A DNA stretch of 32,000 nucleotides from Patescibacteria group bacterium (GTDB lineage Bacteria > Patescibacteriota > UBA1384 > XYA2-FULL-43-10). Both the position numbers and the translations under genes were made by a program. Below are positions 18,829-28,415 of this stretch, in pieces; the stretch's first letter is position 1, and every line of letters begins with the position of its first letter. A model generated the notes under the pieces. The model was not told where the DNA came from. It searched no databases and saw only the letters and a list, made by a program, of their open reading frames with translations. Location: positions 60,001 through 92,000 of the forward strand of contig JBAYVT010000002.1 of assembly GCA_041674405.1 (NCBI GenBank), in the 5' to 3' direction.

Positions 18829-21210
18829 TCAATTATTATACACATAATGCAAGTATATGTCACCAGATTTTGTTATTTCTTTGTCATTTAAATTCTCGAA
18901 TCGGGCTGAAAGCCGGAATGTTTTACCATCAGATACATAGCCATAAAACCAGCCCTCAGACGATTTTGGATCTGCCGGAATCACATCGATATAAGTTGGC
19001 ACAATTGCCTTTTCGACTAGATTGCCAGCCGTATTTATATTAAGCAAGGCCGAAGATATCGGATATTTACCATATTTTTGCTTATAAGCTTCAAGACCGC
19101 CTTTGATTTTGGCAAGATCTGATCTGCGTAAATTGTCATTTGTTTCTGCCGTTGACGCTTGTGCGTTGCTTGAAGACCCGTAAGTGCTGCCAGGGGTAGT
19201 ATCCGAGCTTGATGATGAAGAACTCGTTGCAATTTCTATTTTATCACCAAGGCTTGGTATCGTAATGGTATTTTCTACATCGTAACCGGAAAAGTCTATA
19301 TTTATCTCAGCCCGTGTTACAGAAGAAGAAATAGATGGGATGATAATCAGGTCAGCTTTGTGTATGAGATGGTCTGAAATTCCAATCCAAATATTGCCAT
19401 CGATTTTTTGTACCATTTCACTCTTTATCCCTAATTTATCAAATATTCCGCCGATTTCAAGTTTGTCTATCTGGTAATTGTAACATCGTACTCCTCCGAT
19501 TTTCTCGTTAGCAACACGGCTACCAATGATGGAAAAACCTTGGTCTGGTTTGGCTGCATAGAATTGGGACATAGCATTTCCACTATCTGCCAGTGCCGAA
19601 AGTTTATAATCAAGCCACTTGTTCGGGTCTGCTTTTTCGTTAAATTTTATATCACTTCCCGCTTTAACATATAAATCGTTGGCTGAATTCAACAAAGAAA
19701 TTTTGCTGTCTGATCCTACTAATTTTTTAACTGTGATGTCCAGAGAGAATGCATTTTTGTTGGACGAACCAGAAAACGTAAAATCCAGCTGCTTTACTGT
19801 GGTTTCTTGTGATTGGTAGCTTGGATAAGAAGACTGGTCCCCTAAATTAGTTGTGGAATTGGTGGCAGAATTATTTGCCGAATTTGAATTGTCCGTTGCG
19901 GAGTCAACAGATGGTGTAGAAGAATATGACGAACTACCATAAATATCGGATGCTGTAGAATCCGTGCTCGTCGAAGAATCACCAGAATAATAGCTTTCGT
20001 ATTGGGCCAATACTCCGGAAATTGAATTGCTTATTTCGCTGTCAGATAGTGCATAAGGAAGGGCAATGGCCGACACAAGCGGCGAGGTTATGTTTGAATT
20101 TATTGTTTTATTGACGGTCAGAGACAAGGTTCCGGACATTTTAAAATTCGGATGATTTTGATTGTTGGCAACTGCTATTGCTAGAGCTTTTTCTGGATTT
20201 TTTGGCAGGCCACCCCACAAGTTCTCAAGGCCAATAGCACCATAAATATTTTCGAGCCCCAATGACATTACGCCGGCTTCGGTTAAAAACGTGACCGCCA
20301 CAATCAACAGAATTGCGCACGAAGTAATTACAAAAGCCGGCCTTTTCAAAAGGGGTGGTTTACTGCTTTTGGCAAACTGGGGAGCTGCACCCACCTGCTT
20401 AGCACCCGATTGCATAGGTTTCACAGGCGCACCGGAAACAGAAGGCATTTTTGCGTATGGCGGAACAGCAGCCGTTGTATTATTCGTCTTTGCTTGGCTG
20501 GGATTTACCGGTAACGTTGGCAAAACCGGCTCACCCACGGGCTTTTCGGAAGAAGGTTTGCGTTTTTTAAAAAATCCAAATATACCGGCCTTCTTGGGCT
20601 TGTTAATAGATGGCATATCCGAAGAAACCGGCTTATTAATTTCCGGCTGCTTGATATCACTTAGAGAATTATTTGTAGTTTTTTGGGTATTGACCGGTTG
20701 TTGAGGCAGTGGCGGCATTGCCGCATCTTCCAATTGTTTTCCATCAGGCGTCGATAAATCAATAACCGGTGGCGAGGATTTTTCTTGGGGCAAATTTTCA
20801 GTAACATCGGGCTTGCTTGCATTTTCGACAATCTGATTTCCAGCAGGATCAATCTTTGGTTGTGGTTGCTCTAAAAGAGGGCCAACGGGCGTAGTTTCTG
20901 GTTTAGCCATTTCGGCTGTTTCGGTTGCCTTTTTGGAGGCTACTTCTGGTGCAGTATTTGGTTTATTTGCCGGCACAGAAGCTTGGTCATTGGCAGCAAC
21001 AGACGAAGCAGGAATTTTTTTGCCAACCTGCTCGTCAATCTCCTTGGGAATGTTAAAAGGAACGGGTTTTTCCTCCGGTTCATTAGAAACATTTTCATTA
21101 TCCAATGTTCCGACAATTTTGGGCTTATTTCCTTCTTCGGGAAGATCAACTGGGTCGTCCCAGGGACTGCCTCCGGTTCCCGAAGCGGTATTTGTATCGT
21201 CTAGGTCCAT
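18829..21210 (-). CDS. Large membrane-anchored protein with Pro-rich cytoplasmic region and pseudopilin-like C-terminus
   Basis: Pro/Lys-rich N-terminal half, GIFGFFKKRKP, one hydrophobic segment (AFVITSCAILLIVAVTFLTEAG), Ser/Thr-rich linkers, C-terminal LAKIKGGLEAYKQKYGKYPIS...VIPADPKSSEGWFYGYVSDGKTFRLSARFE resembling type II/IV pseudopilin globular domains. Confidence 0.8.
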   Translation of the reverse strand: MDLDDTNTASGTGGSPWDDPVDLPEEGNKPKIVGTLDNENVSNEPEEKPVPFNIPKEIDEQVGKKIPASSVAANDQASVPANKPNTAPEVASKKATETAEMAKPETTPVGPLLEQPQPKIDPAGNQIVENASKPDVTENLPQEKSSPPVIDLSTPDGKQLEDAAMPPLPQQPVNTQKTTNNSLSDIKQPEINKPVSSDMPSINKPKKAGIFGFFKKRKPSSEKPVGEPVLPTLPVNPSQAKTNNTTAAVPPYAKMPSVSGAPVKPMQSGAKQVGAAPQFAKSSKPPLLKRPAFVITSCAILLIVAVTFLTEAGVMSLGLENIYGAIGLENLWGGLPKNPEKALAIAVANNQNHPNFKMSGTLSLTVNKTINSNITSPLVSAIALPYALSDSEISNSISGVLAQYESYYSGDSSTSTDSTASDIYGSSSYSSTPSVDSATDNSNSANNSATNSTTNLGDQSSYPSYQSQETTVKQLDFTFSGSSNKNAFSLDITVKKLVGSDSKISLLNSANDLYVKAGSDIKFNEKADPNKWLDYKLSALADSGNAMSQFYAAKPDQGFSIIGSRVANEKIGGVRCYNYQIDKLEIGGIFDKLGIKSEMVQKIDGNIWIGISDHLIHKADLIIIPSISSSVTRAEINIDFSGYDVENTITIPSLGDKIEIATSSSSSSSDTTPGSTYGSSSNAQASTAETNDNLRRSDLAKIKGGLEAYKQKYGKYPISSALLNINTAGNLVEKAIVPTYIDVIPADPKSSEGWFYGYVSDGKTFRLSARFENLNDKEITKSGDIYLHYVYNN

Positions 21211-21274
21211 TACCCCTCACTGCTAATCATGCATATTATAAGATTAATCGCACCTAAGAACAAGCCTTGGCGGT

Positions 21275-21709
21275 TCATTTCAATTCAATTTTAACCATAA
21301 GCTCAAATTCTTTTCCTCCAATAACGATTTTTACCGAATGATCCCCTTCGTCTTTGAGCGCCCCCTTTAAGTTAACTTTTTCTGCGTGTATTTGATATTT
21401 TTCGGCAAGCTCGTCTTCTATTTTCTTGGCATTTATGCCGGTATAGGCTTTTTTACCCTTTTCCGCTTTAAGGACAAAGTTCAAATTTAAATTTTGAATT
21501 GATTCCGCCAAATCTTTCGAACGGCTTTCGTCTTCCTCTTTCTCTTTGTTTATAAGATATTCTGATTCCAATTTTTTGGCACGTGAATCAGTAGCATAAA
21601 ATGCCAGCCCTTTTGGAATCAGATAATTTCGCGCAAATCCCGGCTTAACATTCCTGCGCTCTCCCAACTCCCCTATACCTTCTAATTTCTTGGTAAAAAT
21701 TACTTCCAT
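21275..21709 (-). CDS. rplI: 50S ribosomal protein L9
   Basis: MEVIFTKKLEGIGELGERRNVKPGFARNYLIPKGLAFYAT. Confidence 0.95.
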   Translation of the reverse strand: MEVIFTKKLEGIGELGERRNVKPGFARNYLIPKGLAFYATDSRAKKLESEYLINKEKEEDESRSKDLAESIQNLNLNFVLKAEKGKKAYTGINAKKIEDELAEKYQIHAEKVNLKGALKDEGDHSVKIVIGGKEFELMVKIELK

Positions 21710-21713
21710 AAAC

Positions 21714-22946
21714 CTACTTCTTTAATAAATATTGTAAAGCACCCGATAAAATATTGTCGTCTGAAGCATTTGTGTCAGCCTTAATCTCCAAATCCGGCTT
21801 AATTCCAACTTTATCAATCGTATTCCCATTCGGCGTAAGCCATTTTGCAATCGTGACCTTGATGGCTGAGCCGTCTTTTAGCTCCTCCAGTATTTGTACG
21901 CTTCCCTTGCCAAAAGTTGTTGTACCGATGATCTCACCACGCGCTCTGTCCTTAATTGCGCCAGCCAATATCTCAGCCGCTGAAGCCGATCCATCATTCA
22001 CCATAACAGCCAAAGGATAATCCTTGAGTGTCGCCCGCCTTATGGTTTTATAATCCTTCTTCTTGTTGTCTTTTTCAACTTCAGAGACCACATTTCCGCC
22101 ATCCAAGAAATAGCTGGCGACATCGACTGCACTATCAAGATAACCACCAGGATTGTTCCTAAGATCCAGAACAATTCCATCGGGTTTATTTTTTAAAATA
22201 TCATTCGCAATGCCATCAAACAGGTTATTAGTATCATCACCAAATTGTCGGATTGTCACATATGCAAATTTCTTGCCATCCAATGTCTTATATTCCAGCG
22301 TAACCGATGGAACCGTGATTTTTTCTCTGGTAACCCTGATTGTAATATTTTGATCCTGTCCAGGCCTCGATAATACTAATGTTACATCCGTGCCGCTTGT
22401 TCCTCTGATTTTATCAATCGTGCCTTGGAAGCCGAGATCAAAAGCATTTTGCCCGTCTACTGAAATTATCACGTCTTTTGCCTTGATTCCGGCTTTCTCC
22501 GCCGGAGAGTCAGGGAGAGGGGCAACAATGGTTAAGGAGTTATTTACTTCGGTAACCTCCACGCCGATCCCTTCAAATTGTCCGGACATATCTTCTTGAA
22601 ATTTTTTGTTTTCCTCTGGGGTAAAGTACACGGTATAAGGATCATTTAGCGAATTTAGCATGCCTGAAATTGCGCCATAAACAAGGTTTTGGGGATTTAT
22701 TGTATCAACCGAGTCTTGATTCAATTTGTTCCAAGCATCCCAAAAAGTTGAAAAATCGACATTTGCCGGCTTACCGGTATCGGTATTTACTACACTCGCC
22801 GGAACAAAGGGAATGTTAAGATCGATGCCCTTTTTCCCGGTGGTATATCCCGATATAAAAGCGCCCGATAGTACGATTATCAGGACAAGAAAATACAACA
22901 AACATTTAGCCCAAATTTGTTTAGGCCATTTTTTCTTTATTTTCAT
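21714..22946 (-). CDS. ctpA: C-terminal processing (S41) peptidase with PDZ domain
   Basis: TM anchor; PDZ (PLPDSPAEKAGIKAKDVIISVDG); LRNNPGGYLDSAVDVASYFL and NDGSASAAEILAGAIKDRARGEIIGTTTFGKGSVQ catalytic region. Confidence 0.95.
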   Translation of the reverse strand: MKIKKKWPKQIWAKCLLYFLVLIIVLSGAFISGYTTGKKGIDLNIPFVPASVVNTDTGKPANVDFSTFWDAWNKLNQDSVDTINPQNLVYGAISGMLNSLNDPYTVYFTPEENKKFQEDMSGQFEGIGVEVTEVNNSLTIVAPLPDSPAEKAGIKAKDVIISVDGQNAFDLGFQGTIDKIRGTSGTDVTLVLSRPGQDQNITIRVTREKITVPSVTLEYKTLDGKKFAYVTIRQFGDDTNNLFDGIANDILKNKPDGIVLDLRNNPGGYLDSAVDVASYFLDGGNVVSEVEKDNKKKDYKTIRRATLKDYPLAVMVNDGSASAAEILAGAIKDRARGEIIGTTTFGKGSVQILEELKDGSAIKVTIAKWLTPNGNTIDKVGIKPDLEIKADTNASDDNILSGALQYLLKK

Positions 22947-23004
22947 GAGATAATTGTAACCAAATTAGTCTGATAAGTCTAATGGGCTAATTGGGAATTT
23001 TTGT

Positions 23005-24183
23005 TTAGTAAATGTAGCTATATCCGCCATAGCGTCCAGGATTTACGTTCTCTCGATAGCTATACTTGAATTTAGACCAGTTATACTCCGAAACGTCAAT
23101 CGTCCCGTCTCCATTTATCGCTTGCACAATCGCAACGTGACCGTACGGCATAGAAGTAGATTTTTGCCAACTAATAATTGCGCCGACACGGGGGGTGGAA
23201 GAAACGCTGTATCCTTGGTCGCCAGCAAGAACAGGCCAATTTGCCGCATCTCCATTACCAGGCCGAGTATTATGCCAAGCTTTACCTTCCATTACATTAA
23301 AATACCATGATGCATATGATGTACATTCTCTCACCAAGAAACCATATCCAGGAGGATCTGGGTCTGGAGTGTCTGGTGTAAGATAACAATACGGGTATCC
23401 GCCACACCCTTGGTCTTTTACGATCTCTCCTGCTCCTAGTTTTTGGCGCAATGCATAAATAGCGTCAGAAAGATTATGGATTTCTGATTTTAATGCCTCA
23501 ACCCGATCTAAATAGCTCTGCTTTTGAGCCAAGGTTCCGGTAAGTAGGGTGTTTTTATAACTCTTCTGTGCTGTTATCGAATTGAAATAACTTTCTTTCT
23601 GGTCACGCAAACTTTTCAGTTCTGCCATTTTGCTGTCCTGATCGGCTTTTTGTTTTGAAAGCTCGTCTTTCATTTCATTAATCTTCTCTGTTTCAGTCTG
23701 AATTTGTTGTTTGATAGCATCGTAATATTGCTGTTTGGTGACCGCATCAGATAACGTGCCTGAAGACAAAAGCGCATAAGTCAAGCCTGAATTATCCCCT
23801 TCCATATACCACGAAACGACAATGTTATTTAATTTAATTTTTTCTTCATCCAATTTATTTTGCTGTTCCTCAATTTGCCTCGCCAGATCATCAATCGTGG
23901 TTTGGGTTTCTGTAATCTGATTTTCGGTAGTATCGATTGCATTTTGAGTTGAGGTGATTTGACTATTTAGGTTATTTATTTGTGTGTTTATCGCGTCTGC
24001 TTGTTTCTGGGCAGTAGCTGCAGCTGCTGCAGCAGCCGCCGCCTGTTGTTGTTTGGCCGTCTGTTGCTTCTGCAAATCGGATAAAGAGGTTGCCGATGAG
24101 GACAAAGGAATCAAAAAAAGCGCAAAACCAAGTATTAGCGATGCGCCCCAAGTGATAAATTTTTGTATTTTTTCAACCCTCAC
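23005..24183 (-). CDS. Secreted coiled-coil protein with C-terminal CHAP domain (PcsB-like putative peptidoglycan hydrolase)
   Basis: Signal-like N-terminus, long coiled-coil, C-terminal RECTSYASWYFN...YGHVAIVQAINGDGTIDVSEYNW; near ftsEX. Confidence 0.88.
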   Translation of the reverse strand: MRVEKIQKFITWGASLILGFALFLIPLSSSATSLSDLQKQQTAKQQQAAAAAAAAATAQKQADAINTQINNLNSQITSTQNAIDTTENQITETQTTIDDLARQIEEQQNKLDEEKIKLNNIVVSWYMEGDNSGLTYALLSSGTLSDAVTKQQYYDAIKQQIQTETEKINEMKDELSKQKADQDSKMAELKSLRDQKESYFNSITAQKSYKNTLLTGTLAQKQSYLDRVEALKSEIHNLSDAIYALRQKLGAGEIVKDQGCGGYPYCYLTPDTPDPDPPGYGFLVRECTSYASWYFNVMEGKAWHNTRPGNGDAANWPVLAGDQGYSVSSTPRVGAIISWQKSTSMPYGHVAIVQAINGDGTIDVSEYNWSKFKYSYRENVNPGRYGGYSYIY

Positions 24184-24280
24184 TTATTCTTCTTTCCTGT
24201 ACATATTATTATACTACTTATCATTTAACTGGTCAAGATATTAATATATGTTTCAAAGTTTTTTACTTTTGAATTTTGGC

Positions 24281-25189
24281 TTATTTAAGGTATTTCTTAA
24301 CGGCAACAATCGAACATACAGCGCCAAGTATAACACCAACGGCAAATTGCAAAAATATTACCAATCCGAAACTGACCCCAAGATAGCCTTGCCCCATATC
24401 AAAACCGCCGAGATAATTTCTAGCAACAGGAATTGTGATTTGAAAAGCCAAATACAAAAGCAGAGACGCAATTATGGTGGCAGCGATACCATACGCTATA
24501 CCATCAACTATAAATGGACCGCGGATATACCAATCCGTCGCCCCCACAAGCTTCATGATTTCTATTTCTTCCGATCGTGCAAATATTGTTAAGCGGATCG
24601 TATTGTAAATAACCAAAACAGAGATCAAGGCAAAAACCAAAGAAAGGCTCCAACCAGCGATATTCACAAAAGTAGTTATCCTGATAAGTTTGTCGATTAA
24701 ATCTTTATTTTTGCGGTAAGATAATTCTTTGATCAACGGAGTGTATTCCTGGCTGGAAAGAAAAGAGTCAATTTTATCCAGATCCTGCGGATCTTCCGTT
24801 TTAATCTCTAAACTCCTGGGAAGCGGATTGTCGGCCTGATTGACAATATTTTTGATGTTTTCATTGTCTTTATTTCTCTCTTGCCAGATTCGCAATGCTT
24901 CTTCTTTTGAAACGTAATCTACCGATGTTACCTCCGGCCTGGCACGAATGACTTTTTGAAGCGCAGTAACCTGATCTTCAGTTGCAGAATCTTGAATATA
25001 GGCGACCATGTCGATCCTGTCTTTCAGGTTTTCCGCCATTTTATTTGTGATCACAGAAAGCGACGCAAATATCGAGATCGTGATAAGCGTAATTACCATA
25101 ATCAAGGTTGAAGCAAGCGAAAGCCAGCGATTCCGCCAGAGTGAAATCAGAGATGTTTTAAATATTCGATATATTGTGAGGGTAAACAT
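24281..25189 (-). CDS. ftsX: Cell division protein FtsX
   Basis: Four TM FtsX/permease layout; VSYVSKEEAL..., LVIYNTIRLTIFARSEEIEIMKLVGATDWYIRGPFIVDG. Confidence 0.93.
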   Translation of the reverse strand: MFTLTIYRIFKTSLISLWRNRWLSLASTLIMVITLITISIFASLSVITNKMAENLKDRIDMVAYIQDSATEDQVTALQKVIRARPEVTSVDYVSKEEALRIWQERNKDNENIKNIVNQADNPLPRSLEIKTEDPQDLDKIDSFLSSQEYTPLIKELSYRKNKDLIDKLIRITTFVNIAGWSLSLVFALISVLVIYNTIRLTIFARSEEIEIMKLVGATDWYIRGPFIVDGIAYGIAATIIASLLLYLAFQITIPVARNYLGGFDMGQGYLGVSFGLVIFLQFAVGVILGAVCSIVAVKKYLK

Positions 25190-25280
25190 ATGTTTCCTTA
25201 ACCAGTTAAAAAGTTAAAAGTAAAAATTAGTTCAATGCTTAATAATTTTTTACTTGTAATTTTGAATTTTGATTTTCAAA

Positions 25281-26162
25281 TTAAAGAACGTACTTACCAT
25301 GTGCCTGGTCCGCCACGATTTTTCCGTCACGCATGGTGATAACCCTCCTCTGCAGAGCATCAACCACTTCTTTGTCGTGCGTTGCGAGAAGCACGATAGT
25401 TCCCTGTCGATTGATTTTGAACAAAAGCTCAATAATTTCCCATGTAGTTACAGGGTCCAAGTTACCAGTGGGCTCATCAGCGATTAAAAGCCTTGGCTTA
25501 TGCACAAGCGCTCTTGCGATCGAAACACGCTGTTTTTCACCACCTGATAATTCTTCAGATAGAGCCTTAATTCTCGAAGTCAATCCGACAATTTCAATAA
25601 TTTTTGGTACTTTGTCTTCGATTTCTGCCCTGGTCGCCCCAGCCACCTCTAGAGCAAAAGCGACATTTTCATATACGGTCTTTTTTGGAAGCAATTTGAA
25701 ATCTTGAAATATCACCCCGACCTTTCTGCGATAATAAGGTAAATCCCTTTTTTTAAGCTGCAAGATGTCTCGGCCGGCAACGATAATTCGTCCCGAAGTC
25801 GGATCTTCTTCTCTCGTCAAAAGCCTGATCAGGGTCGATTTGCCAGCCCCGGATGGCCCAACCAAAGATATGAATTCACCTAAAAAAACTTTGAAGGATA
25901 CATCGTCCACTGCAACAATATTGCCAGGATAAGTCTTGCACACATTGATAAATTCAATCACTGCTTCTGGTGAATTTTTTTTGGCTTTATTGCCTGGATC
26001 TGATTTTTTTTCATCAACAGAATCATTTTCTGGAACGTCTTTGGGCGGTTTAGGCATCAGATCTTGTCCTTCAGGCTTCTCTGAGGATTTATCATGAGGC
26101 GCTTTTGTTTGAGTCTCGGAATCTGCCTTTTTATCAATTTTTGGTTTCAAAATATCCTGCAT
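25281..26162 (-). CDS. ftsE: Cell division ATP-binding protein FtsE with low-complexity N-terminal extension
   Basis: Walker A GPSGAGKST, signature LSGGEKQRVSIARALV, Walker B LLIADEPTGNLDP; adjacent to ftsX. Confidence 0.93.
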   Translation of the reverse strand: MQDILKPKIDKKADSETQTKAPHDKSSEKPEGQDLMPKPPKDVPENDSVDEKKSDPGNKAKKNSPEAVIEFINVCKTYPGNIVAVDDVSFKVFLGEFISLVGPSGAGKSTLIRLLTREEDPTSGRIIVAGRDILQLKKRDLPYYRRKVGVIFQDFKLLPKKTVYENVAFALEVAGATRAEIEDKVPKIIEIVGLTSRIKALSEELSGGEKQRVSIARALVHKPRLLIADEPTGNLDPVTTWEIIELLFKINRQGTIVLLATHDKEVVDALQRRVITMRDGKIVADQAHGKYVL

Positions 26163-26163
26163 A

Positions 26164-27747
26164 TTATCCCATTAATTTTGTTAAATCAGTACCGATCATC
26201 TCCCCTGGCATTGCAATCTCCATGACAGATAAAATTGTGGAGGCAACATCGGCAAGAATCCCCGTCGGTCCTTCAGAAGAATATTTTATCAAATCTTCAT
26301 GCTTGAATAAAATATCGTTACTAAATAAAAGTGGCTTTTTCAAAAAATCCATTGAAACAAAGGGTACGGGATTGGTCGTATGTTCTTTGTTTACCTCACC
26401 CGTGATCGGGTCAATCATATTTTCACAATTTCCATGATCAGCCGTAAGAAATACAAAATATCCATTTTCCGATGCTTTCAAAAGCATTTTTTTAAGACAA
26501 GAGTCAATCGCCTCGCATGCTTTTACCGATGCCCCAAGCATTCCTGTGTGCCCAACCATGTCCCCGTTTGCAAAATTCACAAGTATGAAGTCTTCCTTTG
26601 CTGACAGGGCAGAAATAACTTTTTCGCTCACGCCAGAAGCCGACATTTCAGGTTTTTTATCATATGTTGGCACTTTTGGAGATGGCACGACTATATCATT
26701 CTCGTTTTTGTGCGGCTTTTCTACCCCACCATTGAAAAAATAAGTCACATGAGGATACTTTTCAGTCTCAGCAGTATGAAATTGCTTAAGCCCAGACTCG
26801 GAAATAATGTCAGAAAAGGTATTTTTTAGATTTGTAGGCTTAAAAATTACCGGTAGGCCATACCTTGCATCATATTCTGTCATTGTAGCGATATTAAGCG
26901 GCGTAATTTTGTTTCGGCGAAAACCATTAAATTCAAAACTTGAGAAGGCCTCGAGGAGTTGGCGAACGCGATCTACGCGAAAATTGTAGAAAATTATCGT
27001 GTCACCGTGCTCGATCAAACCAGTTTTATCTATTACGCAAGGCTCAATAAACTCGTCAAATATCTGATTATCATAACTATCCTTGATCGCCTCAAGAACC
27101 GAAGAAAATTCTTTCCCCTTCCCTTCGGTCATCAGGCGATAAGCTTTTTCGGTACGTTGCCATCTTGAATCTCTATCCATCGCATAGTAGCGACCGATCA
27201 AAGTTGAGATTCGCCCAAGACCGATTGTTTTAAGCTTGGCTTCAATTTGTTGTGCAGTTGCTAATGCGGCCTTTGGTGGTGTGTCCCTGCCATCTGAAAT
27301 AAAATGGATACAAGCATCCTTCACCCCAATTTTTTTCGCAACATCTAAAGCGGCAAACAAGTGGTTCACATGAGAATGTACCCCTCCCGAACTGGTAATT
27401 CCGATAAGGTGCAATTTCCCCGATTTTGCCTTCTCCAGCGTTTTTGTCAGTTCTTCATTTTTCCCAAATTCGCCTGACTCGATAGCTTGGTCAATTCTGG
27501 GAAGGCTCTCCCATACAACCCTTCCTGTGCCTAAATTCAAGTGCCCTACTTCCGAATTTCCCATCTCTCCACGAGAAAGACCAACCTCTACTCCGGAGGC
27601 TGTAATCGAGATTTTTGGATAATTTCCATAAATGTGATCAAGGATTGGGGTTTTAGCAAGATAGGTCGCATTGCCATCTGTCACTGGAGATAATCCCCAT
27701 CCATCTAAAACCACGAGCATGGTTTTTCGTCTGGCCGATTCGGTCAT
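26164..27747 (-). CDS. gpmI: 2,3-bisphosphoglycerate-independent phosphoglycerate mutase
   Basis: LDGWGLSP...GNSEVGHLNLGTGRVV, CIHFISDGRDTPPKAA, DHGNCENMID. Start at MTESARRKT preferred over the 27756 ORF start. Confidence 0.96.
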   Translation of the reverse strand: MTESARRKTMLVVLDGWGLSPVTDGNATYLAKTPILDHIYGNYPKISITASGVEVGLSRGEMGNSEVGHLNLGTGRVVWESLPRIDQAIESGEFGKNEELTKTLEKAKSGKLHLIGITSSGGVHSHVNHLFAALDVAKKIGVKDACIHFISDGRDTPPKAALATAQQIEAKLKTIGLGRISTLIGRYYAMDRDSRWQRTEKAYRLMTEGKGKEFSSVLEAIKDSYDNQIFDEFIEPCVIDKTGLIEHGDTIIFYNFRVDRVRQLLEAFSSFEFNGFRRNKITPLNIATMTEYDARYGLPVIFKPTNLKNTFSDIISESGLKQFHTAETEKYPHVTYFFNGGVEKPHKNENDIVVPSPKVPTYDKKPEMSASGVSEKVISALSAKEDFILVNFANGDMVGHTGMLGASVKACEAIDSCLKKMLLKASENGYFVFLTADHGNCENMIDPITGEVNKEHTTNPVPFVSMDFLKKPLLFSNDILFKHEDLIKYSSEGPTGILADVASTILSVMEIAMPGEMIGTDLTKLMG

Positions 27748-27803
27748 TTCCCTCACTTTGGCTAGTTTAATTACGCTATATATTATATCATGCGAGCTCT
27801 GCT

Positions 27804-28349
27804 CTATCCAGTTTGATCCGGAAAATCATATAAGCCTATTTGGGTCCATAAATTGTCGGATTTATTTTTACAAAAAAGTCCTATGCTGCTGCAATTAAAA
27901 TCGAATGCAAGATTAATCTCTTTCATTTCGGAGTACTTATCAAAAAGCGCATTTTCGGGAATATCCCCTGATAATGTTATGTGGGGAATAAAATTATCGG
28001 GATAATAATCTAACTTTTCTACTGAATGTAAAACCGCATTTTTAATAATTTGGTGCAGACGGACAATCTCATTAGAATTTTCAACGGATAGATATATGGT
28101 CCCAAATTTATTATCAAACTTCTTGATAGGCCCGGTACTAATTTGAAAAGCAGAGAGCGAAGGAATGGTTGCATTAATCTGGTTTTTCAAGGTTTCCACG
28201 CTAGCTCCATCGACTAGAGAGGAAGGGGGCATAATCGTGATATGTGGAGGAAGAGTAATCTTCCAATTTGGATCCTTATATTGCTCTTGCAAAGAAGAAA
28301 TTTTTTTTCGATAAGGGTCGGGTATAATAATAACTATAATGTAAAGCAT
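27804..28349 (-). CDS. 2H phosphoesterase superfamily protein (2'-5' RNA ligase-like)
   Basis: Two HxTx motifs: LPPHITIMPP and FIPHITLSG. Confidence 0.88.
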   Translation of the reverse strand: MLYIIVIIIPDPYRKKISSLQEQYKDPNWKITLPPHITIMPPSSLVDGASVETLKNQINATIPSLSAFQISTGPIKKFDNKFGTIYLSVENSNEIVRLHQIIKNAVLHSVEKLDYYPDNFIPHITLSGDIPENALFDKYSEMKEINLAFDFNCSSIGLFCKNKSDNLWTQIGLYDFPDQTG

Positions 28350-28415
28350 GTGCTACTCCTTGTTTGAGATCATAATTTGGTAGTGAACAACAAAAATACA
28401 TCGATGGTCTAAGTA

